This document shows positions 19,988 to 27,629 of a stretch of DNA of 53,743 nt, one piece after another. This DNA is from an uncultured Myxococcales bacterium (GTDB lineage Bacteria > Myxococcota > B64-G9). A program made the translations under genes and the position numbers. The DNA lies in assembly GCA_964431605.1 (NCBI GenBank), contig CAYSLH010000004.1, forward strand, positions 1 to 53,743, in the 5' to 3' direction. The notes under the pieces were generated by a model. That model made no database searches. It was not told the origin of the DNA and was given only the letters and a program-made list of their open reading frames with translations. Position 1 is the stretch's first letter. Every line of letters begins with the position of its first letter.

Positions 19988-20907
19988 CGAGCAACCAACC
20001 TGGAGGCGATATGTTCCACGGTCCCCTTGAGACCAAGACGTTTGAAACGAATCAAGGCCCTGGTATAAGTCTTGGCCTCCCTGCGAAAAACATCGGTTTT
20101 TGGTTGGTGTTCCTGTGCCGGCTCATCCGCCAGGAGCCATTCCCCCAAGCTGGCAGTGAAAAAGCCTCGGGGAAGCGAGATGGAATCTCCCATCCAACCA
20201 GGCTTGAGCCCGGGATTGTCTGCGAAAAACTCCACTAGTGCCTCCGAACCCACCAACCCCTCTGACTCACCGGTGATCAGCACCATGTCAGGGTAGACAC
20301 CCGCGGAGCGTAATCCTTCCACAACACCCTGCGGATTTCCCTCCTGGGAAAAATCCAGGATCACCACTTGTGATAACTCCAGCTCCACGACCGGAGTCAA
20401 CACACGAAAGGCCCAGGAAAAATCATCGTCATGGCTACAGCCACGCAAGTCTAGGCCAAAAGATGTAAATCCAGCATCGACACATGCCATCATCAAGGTG
20501 CAGGCGGAATCCACCTCTGAATCCACTCTATGGTCTATGAGCGGCATTTGGACATGAAAACAAAGGGGCGGGCAAACCGACATGGTTTTTGCCAACTGGG
20601 ATGTCTTCCAAACAAGGGATCCTACGGGATGCTCATGCTGGAACCTGCTGAGGTCCCCGTTTACAAACATGCTCAGCCCCAAAGGCGCCTTGGAATGGGA
20701 TGCCGCTCTGAGCAACCCCTCTATTTCTGCATCGCTTTTAGCTGTAGGCATCCATAGCGCCGCGTCGGTGTCATCCAAACCGACGAGCAGATCCCTGGCA
20801 TTGAGAACCGGAACACGGCTTTCAATCCCAAGTTGATGCATAACGTTCGTAGGCCTCAATTCCAACAAGAGGTCTGTCCACATTCCTTGCCTCCCAAAAA
20901 ACCACAT
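19984..20907 (-). CDS. class II aldolase-like TIM-barrel protein, probably divergent/non-catalytic
   Basis: By-eye similarity to class II fructose/tagatose-bisphosphate aldolases: LLRAASHSKAPLGLSM vs ILQAAEEEKSPVILGV; DAGFTSFGLD vs HAGFTSVMID; VVELE. The HLDHG and later His ligand motifs are not conserved. 4-nt overlap with rsmD. Confidence 0.35.
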   Translation of the reverse strand: MWFFGRQGMWTDLLLELRPTNVMHQLGIESRVPVLNARDLLVGLDDTDAALWMPTAKSDAEIEGLLRAASHSKAPLGLSMFVNGDLSRFQHEHPVGSLVWKTSQLAKTMSVCPPLCFHVQMPLIDHRVDSEVDSACTLMMACVDAGFTSFGLDLRGCSHDDDFSWAFRVLTPVVELELSQVVILDFSQEGNPQGVVEGLRSAGVYPDMVLITGESEGLVGSEALVEFFADNPGLKPGWMGDSISLPRGFFTASLGEWLLADEPAQEHQPKTDVFRREAKTYTRALIRFKRLGLKGTVEHIASRLVAR

Positions 20908-21108
20908 CTAAAAAGAACAGCACCTTGTGGAGCAAATAATATCACCAGCCATCGTTGACAGGTATGAATTATTTCCGCGCCTCAAGAGGGTGTTACAAAC
21001 CGCCTCGCCGATCAACTTCGAGAAAAGACTTTACATGACGGAAAATTTCTCACCCAACATGCGGTATCTTGTAGAGAAAAAGGGCTCTAAGCGGAAGGTC
21101 GACTAAAT

Positions 21109-22473
21109 CTATTCGCAGTCATCACCTATACCATTGTTGTTATCATCTGTCTGAGCACTGTTGCGGACCCCAGGACAGTTGTCGTCACACTGACGACGTT
21201 TGCCGCCTCGACAGGGGTTATCACCGGCGACCCCGCTACCATCGCCATCTTCTCTAACCCCGTCTCCATCTGCATCAGAGTCGCACTCATCACCTTTTCC
21301 GTCATGGTCCATGTCATGCTGACTGGAATTCCAGATATCAGGGCAGTTGTCACTTCCGTGGCAATCATCTGCCTCAATGCCGGGATCACACACTCCATCT
21401 CCGTCATCGTCATTATCGCAAGGATTTCCGATTCCATCATTGTCAAGATCGCCATTATCATTGGACGACAGGTCAGGACAAAGGTCACAGGCATCACCAT
21501 ACCTGTCTCCATCAGAGTTGACCTGCTCGCCCAACATGAGTTCAGCCGGTGTTATGAGGCCATCCTGGTTTACATCGCAATGAAGCTGAAAGATGGGATT
21601 GGAACACTCCATGCCATTGGGAACCTGTGGACAATTGTCACATTCATCACCAAGCCCATCCCAATCGCTGTCGAGTTGCCAAAGCTGAGAATAACCATCA
21701 CTATCTTCCATCTCCACCAGGTTGGGGAAAAACTTGCAAAATCCGGTTTTGGGTCCATCGGCTTTATTTATGGTGCATTGCCATTTTCCTGAACAGGCAG
21801 GCCGAGGAAGGGTTCCGTCCGAGATGGCATTGTTGCAATCATTGGTCGTGGCACAAGGTGTTTTGTGAGCAAGAGACCGACAATGGACGCAACCTCGCGA
21901 ATCCAAATCATATCCATCTGGCACACCGAGATAGCAGGTTTTAGGTGTTGGATTGTCACCACTGAAACACTCGGTGCAAGTGTCGGCCTGATCAGTGATA
22001 TCCGAACATCGATCGAACCTGGTTGCTTTTTCTTTTTTACTCTGGCCGGCAGGGCAGCATTCGTCCTTTGCCATACAAACGAACTGCCTGGAAAACCTCG
22101 CGTTGGATACATCCGGGCAGTTGTCGTCACAATCGCCTATGACCTTTTCGAAAACCGTCTGCTCACCTGTCTCCTGATCGGTCACGACCCTGACTCCGCA
22201 GCGACGATCGAATGAACTACCGCTGAGATCGCCGTCATTAGGTACCGAGTCCTCATCGTCATCCTCGTGGCATACCCCCCACAACTCCTCATACCGTTCA
22301 CCTTCGATGACCTGCGTTCGTCTGAGACACAGATCCCCCAGTTCGCAGTCCGAGTCAGCCACGCAATCAGAACCAGCCCCTCCCCTGCAACCTGTGGCAA
22401 AAATCCCCAACAAACCCACAAGGGCGAGCGCAAACACGGGCGGTAAATTTTGGATGCGCATATATGCGTTCAC
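21109..22473 (-). CDS. Cys-rich lipoprotein with thrombospondin type-3 (calcium-binding) repeats
   Basis: GTG at 22473 is preceded by AAGGAGG (5-nt spacer). Lipobox FATGC. The C-terminal half has reiterated DxDxDGxxDxCDxCP / DNDGIGNPCDNDDDGDGVCD motifs. Confidence 0.75.
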   Translation of the reverse strand: MNAYMRIQNLPPVFALALVGLLGIFATGCRGGAGSDCVADSDCELGDLCLRRTQVIEGERYEELWGVCHEDDDEDSVPNDGDLSGSSFDRRCGVRVVTDQETGEQTVFEKVIGDCDDNCPDVSNARFSRQFVCMAKDECCPAGQSKKEKATRFDRCSDITDQADTCTECFSGDNPTPKTCYLGVPDGYDLDSRGCVHCRSLAHKTPCATTNDCNNAISDGTLPRPACSGKWQCTINKADGPKTGFCKFFPNLVEMEDSDGYSQLWQLDSDWDGLGDECDNCPQVPNGMECSNPIFQLHCDVNQDGLITPAELMLGEQVNSDGDRYGDACDLCPDLSSNDNGDLDNDGIGNPCDNDDDGDGVCDPGIEADDCHGSDNCPDIWNSSQHDMDHDGKGDECDSDADGDGVREDGDGSGVAGDNPCRGGKRRQCDDNCPGVRNSAQTDDNNNGIGDDCE

Positions 22474-22605
22474 AAAAACCTCCTTGAACCAACCAACACA
22501 AACAGCGAAAAGAACGAGGTTCAGGTGGGTCAGCATATAAACCAAACCTGTGGTACTGTCAAGGCCATTCTCCTTCCAACCCCAAAAGAACACGCCAGTT
22601 TTTGC

Positions 22606-22634
22606 TTGACTTGACAGCCACCCTGACATATTTA
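22606..22634 (+). promoter_or_regulatory. sigma-70-like promoter for the 22698 gene
   Basis: TTGACT (22606-22611), a 17-nt spacer, then TATTTA (22629-22634), in the divergent intergenic region. Confidence 0.3.
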
Positions 22635-22697
22635 CGGAGCCGCGGTAGGAGCCTGCCTGAACCGTGTGATGGCAATGGCCTGAGACCGGGAGGAAAG

Positions 22698-23744
22698 ATG
22701 ATCGAGCGCACCACAACAGTTAGAATTTCGACGATCCTGGCTCTGCTGGGGTGCCTTTTCGCAGCGCCTGCAACTCAGGCCAATATAGTGAACGAAGAAA
22801 AAGAGATATATGTTGTTCGACCCGTAATCACTGAACCAGCATGGACTCAAACCGGATTCTATTTCAACAGCATGGGATTTGACCTACCCAATGCGGTATC
22901 ACGTCCCAGTGCCCAGGTGGGTTTTGTCTTCACCCCAGGCATTACATGGTCCATCATGGATTTCATTGAACTCAACATTGCCTTCCCGCTCGTCGTGAAT
23001 CCGGATGCAACTGGAGATAGGGAGCTAAACGCCGCAGACAACGCCAGGAGACTGGATCCATCTTACCAAGATCCCCCATACTGGGATTCAACACCTGATT
23101 TTGACCTTCCGGGTCTTACCCTCGGAATGAAGGCCGCCCTGGTGGGCAATAAAAAAACAGACCGTTTTTTCCTTGCGGTCGGAGTTACCAGCAGCATCCC
23201 GGTAGTCAGCTCCGACAAGTGGTCCACCAACCTGATGGGCTCTAAGACCATGCCGGGACATTCCAATTCACTGCGCTTGGCGCCATACGTTTCTTTGGCA
23301 TATTCCCTGGGACGGTTTTCACCCCAACTTCAGTTAGGAGCTTTCTTCCGTTTCAACGAAGAGTTCTATGACATTGACAACCCACCATCTGTGGGCGAGC
23401 CCCTGGCCAAGTCAGACTATGCCGATTTCTTTTTCAACCTGGCATTACCATTCGCATTTCTCTATGAACACACTGCACCGGTATTGGAGATCAACGGAGT
23501 ATTTGGTACTGAAAGCATCCAGCTTTTCATCACTCCTGCTGTAACCTTTCTACCCAGCCACAGCCCGGCACTGATCTCCTTCGCATGCCAGATTCCAGTT
23601 CTGGATAGTGAATTCAGGGGTATAGAAGGGGTCCGGTTCATGGTAAACTTCAGCTATAGACTGGATGCACTGAGTATACCGGCCCTTGCTTCTGATGAAG
23701 ATGATGACAATGAATCTGCAGAGCAGCCTCCATCGGGATGGTAG
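22698..23744 (+). CDS. putative outer-membrane beta-barrel protein
   Basis: ATG at 22698 is preceded by GGGAGGAAAG. Signal peptide ISTILALLGCLFAAPATQA. Alternating beta-strand pattern through most of the protein and an acidic C-terminal tail. The track's upstream extension (22602) lacks an RBS. Confidence 0.5.
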   Translation: MIERTTTVRISTILALLGCLFAAPATQANIVNEEKEIYVVRPVITEPAWTQTGFYFNSMGFDLPNAVSRPSAQVGFVFTPGITWSIMDFIELNIAFPLVVNPDATGDRELNAADNARRLDPSYQDPPYWDSTPDFDLPGLTLGMKAALVGNKKTDRFFLAVGVTSSIPVVSSDKWSTNLMGSKTMPGHSNSLRLAPYVSLAYSLGRFSPQLQLGAFFRFNEEFYDIDNPPSVGEPLAKSDYADFFFNLALPFAFLYEHTAPVLEINGVFGTESIQLFITPAVTFLPSHSPALISFACQIPVLDSEFRGIEGVRFMVNFSYRLDALSIPALASDEDDDNESAEQPPSGW

Positions 23745-23816
23745 TTCGCACAATGTGCATCAGGCCTGGTTGTTTGGCCACGGGGTTATCTGGCTTTTCA
23801 GTGGGAAAGGTATCCA

Positions 23817-24941
23817 TTGGCAGGTAAAACTTTTATTTCAGATATACGAAAGCGCCTGGAAAAAGAATCCCGTTCTTTTCCAATGAAGGGATCCTTTCTG
23901 GTTGACGACAAGCAGGTTCCACTGAACAAGAATGGCAACCCATATCTATCGCTGGTTCTCAAAGACCGGGACGGGACGATCTCCGCGAAGATGTGGGACA
24001 ACGTAACAGACACCCAGAACAAACATCCGTTTTCAGCGGGTGATTTCGTAATGGTCGAATGCGAAGCGCAGCTCTATCGAAATCAACCTCAGCTCAAAAT
24101 AAAAAAGCTAAAAAAAATTGCTCCTCCCGATCCGGATGAACTGGCGGACTTTCTCGGCAGTGTGAGCATAGACATTCAGAAGATGATGGACGACCTCCAA
24201 CGGCTCATAGAAAGCCTTCATACGGCTCCACTTCGAGATCTACTGATGACCAGATTGGCGGATGAATCATTCCGACAGGAATTCTCCCGCTGTCCCGCGG
24301 CTAAGACAAACCACCATGCTCACATTGGAGGCCTTTTACAGCACACCCTGTCTGTGATGAGATTGGCCGACGCCATATGTGGAAATTATCCGGAGTTGGA
24401 CAGGGATCTACTGGTTGCCGGGGCATTTTTGCACGATGTGGGCAAAATGCGGGAAATACGTACTGACAGTTCTTTTTCCTATTCCGACGAAGGCAATCTC
24501 ATCGGACACTTGGTAATAGGTGCCCAGATGTTCGAGCAGTGGTGTGGCGGCCATGAGTTGGATGCCACGTACAAGCTCAAGCTCGTACACATGATCCTTT
24601 CTCATCATGGAAAGCGGGAATTTGGTTCACCTGTGGTCCCAAAATTCCCAGAAGCCTTGGCTCTGCACTTTTTGGACAACTTAGACTCCAAGCTCCAGAG
24701 CATGTTCGAGGTCGCCAGGCAGCAATCGGGTCAAAAATGGTCTTCTTTCCAGCCTCAATTCGAAGGATATTTGTTTCTGGACTCTGAGGCGACAAAGGTT
24801 CACAATCCCGATAGGAATAAAAACAACGAACAAACTCTTAGGCACAGGCCACTGGCAGGCCTCGCAGACGAATTAGCAAAAGGAGACACGGTGGATCTCT
24901 TCCAGCCAGACAACAACCCGGCAAAAGGAGAACCTCATTGA
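23817..24941 (+). CDS. OB-fold + HD-domain 3'-5' exoribonuclease, YhaM/CBF-like
   Basis: N-terminal OB-fold (NGNPYLSLVLKDRDGTISAKMWDNV...GDFVMVECEAQLY). HD domain (HHAHIGGLLQHTLSVMRLA...FLHDVGK...ILSHHG). TTG start with a GGGAAAGG region upstream. Confidence 0.75.
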   Translation: MAGKTFISDIRKRLEKESRSFPMKGSFLVDDKQVPLNKNGNPYLSLVLKDRDGTISAKMWDNVTDTQNKHPFSAGDFVMVECEAQLYRNQPQLKIKKLKKIAPPDPDELADFLGSVSIDIQKMMDDLQRLIESLHTAPLRDLLMTRLADESFRQEFSRCPAAKTNHHAHIGGLLQHTLSVMRLADAICGNYPELDRDLLVAGAFLHDVGKMREIRTDSSFSYSDEGNLIGHLVIGAQMFEQWCGGHELDATYKLKLVHMILSHHGKREFGSPVVPKFPEALALHFLDNLDSKLQSMFEVARQQSGQKWSSFQPQFEGYLFLDSEATKVHNPDRNKNNEQTLRHRPLAGLADELAKGDTVDLFQPDNNPAKGEPH

Positions 24942-25513
24942 AGTTTGGAGAGAAGCTCATCAAGGCCGGACTCATCGACAAGGCTCAGCTAAACGCCGGG
25001 CTGAGTCACCAGAAAGAAACCGGGCAAAAAATCGGTGAAGCGCTTCTAGAGCTCGGTTACATAAGCGAAGAGAACCTTCTTAAGTTTCTTGCAAAACAAT
25101 TCAACACTCAGTTCGTGTCCACGAAAAAGCTCTCTCGTGTTTCTATCTCCGACAAAATCCTGGCATTGGTTCCTCAGCAGGTGGCAGAGGTCAACAACCT
25201 ATTTCCGATTCTGTACAAAGAAGCCAATTCCACTCTCGGAATCGTCACGGCAGAACCTCAAAACACTGCCATCGTTGAAGACCTTCGAATCATTAGCGGT
25301 TTGGAACATGTACAAGTTTTCGTCGCCTCACGGGAAGGAATCAAGGCAGCCATAAAAAAACACTACAAAAGCGATATACATGCTTTTGCAGCTCTGGACA
25401 AAGCTCGTGAGGAAAAGATGGAACAGGTAATGGAGCTTTATTCAGACAGGCTCCTGAAGGATGAAGAGATAAGGAAGAGCCCAAGGCCGTCAAAAAAGGA
25501 CCTGCCGTCATGA
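24938..25513 (+). CDS. stand-alone MshEN / T2SSE_N-domain protein (predicted c-di-GMP receptor)
   Basis: TTG start with AAGGAG 7 nt upstream, overlapping the upstream stop (TTGA). Residues 2-25 (KFGEKLIKAGLIDKAQLNAGLSHQ) and 31-54 (KIGEALLELGYISEENLLKFLAKQ) both fit the 24-residue MshEN motif and are separated by a 5-residue spacer. Confidence 0.8.
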   Translation: MKFGEKLIKAGLIDKAQLNAGLSHQKETGQKIGEALLELGYISEENLLKFLAKQFNTQFVSTKKLSRVSISDKILALVPQQVAEVNNLFPILYKEANSTLGIVTAEPQNTAIVEDLRIISGLEHVQVFVASREGIKAAIKKHYKSDIHAFAALDKAREEKMEQVMELYSDRLLKDEEIRKSPRPSKKDLPS

Positions 25514-27165
25514 GGGCGGAGCCTGAAATCGGGTTCGAATCCGAAGGAACATCTTCCTGGACCAGGCAGATCGAAGCTGTCAGAACAAACTCTCTCGTCT
25601 CCGATAACGACTTCATAGAGACCCTGAACATTCTCGTAGGACTTCTGGAGATGCAGCGCGAGAACATGCAGGGGCACTCTGCCAACGTGGTCAAGTGGAC
25701 CAAGGCCGTATCTGAGCGAATGGGTCTCAAGGAAAGAGAGATCAACCACAACATCATAGCCGCCTACCTTCACGACCTGGGCAAAAGAGCCTCCGTACAC
25801 CTCACGCTCCTTAGCATTTCGAAGAGTGATGATCACAGGAAACGAGCAAAGAGGTACAACCTGACGCCCGCAAGACTATTTGACAGTGTTCACCTCCCAC
25901 CTCAGGTCAACAGGATCATTGGACACCTGTACGAATGTTATGACGGAACAGGGATTCCAGAGCAGCTCATGGCAGAAGGAATACCAACAGGTTCCAGGAT
26001 CATTGCGGCCGTGGATGCATTCGAAGACCTGACCAACAACCCAACCAATCCCCTGGGCAAGGTCCTGGATAGCAACAGCGCCATGGACGAGATCAGGAAA
26101 TATTCCGACAGCCTCTTCGACCCTCAAGTCGTAGAGTTACTCGCTGAGGTACTGACAGGGGACGAAGCAAGAGCAAAACTTTCATCCACGAGTCCCCTCA
26201 TACTTCTGGCTGATCCGGACAATTCCGCCACATCCGTCCTGGAACTCAAGCTGGTCAAGAAAGGTTTCAAGGTCAGGGTAACGAGAGACAGCGACTCGAC
26301 CTTGGAGAGCCTTCAGGCTGAAAAAATTGCTGCCATGCTTTTAGAGATGCGACTGGAACCACAGGATGGGTTCCAAGTAATCAAACGGATGAAAGAGGCT
26401 GGAATGGATTTACCCGTGTTCATGGTATCTTCGGATCCTCCGCCTGAAGCCATAACCAGAGCTTTTAGCTCTGGAATAGTCGACTTCATCACAAAGCCGT
26501 TTGTCGCAGAAGTCATCATAGCCAAGCTCCAGAAAGAGCTCAGCACCTTTGGTTCTGCTAAACGAACGGACCAGTTGCGACCCGGCACGGATGAAACGGA
26601 TGAACAGGAGATTGGAAGCGTCGTGATCGAATTGGATGACGATCAGGCAGGAGGACTCGACGATGCCATGGCTGCGGCAGAACAAGCCATTTCCGTGATA
26701 GATGATGATGACATACCCCTGTTGAAGGAAGAAGAAAAAACGCCCACACCTCTTCTGACGCCTGTACCATCGTCCACCGACGAGCAAGCAACAACAGATA
26801 CACCAGACCCTACCATGCCTGGTCCCCCCACAGGGACCATGGCTGGAGTGGTAAATACCGACAGCCTGGTAATATCAGGCAGCCTGGATGGTAAAAAAGC
26901 CATTGCCCTGATAAAAGCCCTTTCCGGAAAACGAAAGACAGGTTTACTTTCCCTTCGCCTTGGCGAAAGCAAGGGGATGATTTATTTTGAAAAGGGTCAC
27001 GTCTTCCAGGCCTTGGTAGACGAAATTCAGTCAGAGGAGGCATTTTTGGAGTTGGCGACCTGGACCGACTGCGTCTACAAGTTCGATCCGGAAAAAGCTC
27101 CCAAAAAACGCGATATCCAGACATCCACCGGTAAACTCATTCGAATTGCAGAACTGCAAGACTGA
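25510..27165 (+). CDS. multidomain signalling protein: degenerate HD-GYP + pseudo-receiver (REC) + PATAN/DUF4388
   Basis: HD-GYP-type region has H56...HDLGK(88-92)...GHLYECYDGTGIP(138-150), i.e. HHE->HLYE and GYP->GIP. REC fold spans aa about 229-345, with E279 at the phospho-acceptor position (AAMLLEMRLEPQDG), S307 and K329. The C-terminal part GSLDGKKAIALIKALSGKRKTGLLSL...GMIYFEKGHVFQA...EEAFLELATW is PATAN-like. ATGA overlap with the upstream gene. Confidence 0.75.
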   Translation: MRAEPEIGFESEGTSSWTRQIEAVRTNSLVSDNDFIETLNILVGLLEMQRENMQGHSANVVKWTKAVSERMGLKEREINHNIIAAYLHDLGKRASVHLTLLSISKSDDHRKRAKRYNLTPARLFDSVHLPPQVNRIIGHLYECYDGTGIPEQLMAEGIPTGSRIIAAVDAFEDLTNNPTNPLGKVLDSNSAMDEIRKYSDSLFDPQVVELLAEVLTGDEARAKLSSTSPLILLADPDNSATSVLELKLVKKGFKVRVTRDSDSTLESLQAEKIAAMLLEMRLEPQDGFQVIKRMKEAGMDLPVFMVSSDPPPEAITRAFSSGIVDFITKPFVAEVIIAKLQKELSTFGSAKRTDQLRPGTDETDEQEIGSVVIELDDDQAGGLDDAMAAAEQAISVIDDDDIPLLKEEEKTPTPLLTPVPSSTDEQATTDTPDPTMPGPPTGTMAGVVNTDSLVISGSLDGKKAIALIKALSGKRKTGLLSLRLGESKGMIYFEKGHVFQALVDEIQSEEAFLELATWTDCVYKFDPEKAPKKRDIQTSTGKLIRIAELQD

Positions 27166-27227
27166 ACTTTACGAACCGCCTAATGCTGATTAGGTTGTGG
27201 TGCGGGAACACAACTTGGGAGGCAGTC

Positions 27228-27629
27228 ATGGCTTTCGAAATAGAAGTTACTCATGGTGGAGGAAAGAAGATAGATGCAAAAATAGGTAATTTTGTCATCC
27301 ACACCGATCAGGCAAAGGAGTCCGGGGGCGATGCATCAGCGCCGGAGCCCTACATGCTTTTCCTTGCATCCCTGGCAACCTGTGCCGGCATCTACGTCAT
27401 CGGCTTTTGCCAGGCGAGATCAATCCCTACGGAAAACATCCGTATCACGCAGGATCACGAGTTTGATACGAAGACAGGAAAAATGTCCAAGATCAAACTC
27501 CAGGTTCACGTACCAGACGATTTTCCCGAAAAGTACCTCAAAACCGTCCAACGGGCTGCAGCACTGTGCGCGGTAAAAAAGACCATCGAGGATCCCCCCA
27601 TCATGCAAGTCGAGACGGTCGTCGACTAG
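27228..27629 (+). CDS. OsmC/Ohr-family protein
   Basis: About 133 aa. ATG at 27228 is preceded by GGGAGG. OsmC-like segment SAPEPYMLFLASLATCAGIYV with conserved Cys, and a second Cys in AALCAV. Confidence 0.7.
   Translation: MAFEIEVTHGGGKKIDAKIGNFVIHTDQAKESGGDASAPEPYMLFLASLATCAGIYVIGFCQARSIPTENIRITQDHEFDTKTGKMSKIKLQVHVPDDFPEKYLKTVQRAAALCAVKKTIEDPPIMQVETVVD

Noticed and set aside
22474-22716. Long N-terminal extensions of the TSP3 gene (to 22716) and of the barrel gene (from 22602) that would overlap each other
   Set aside because: Strong RBS-supported internal starts (GTG 22473 with AAGGAGG; ATG 22698 with GGGAGGAAAG) lead directly into signal peptides. The extensions are non-signal sequences lying across the divergent promoter region.
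23440-23457. Sigma-54-like TGGCAT-N5-TTCGCA
   Set aside because: It lies well inside the 22698-23744 coding region, has an imperfect -12 element, and has no downstream gene start.
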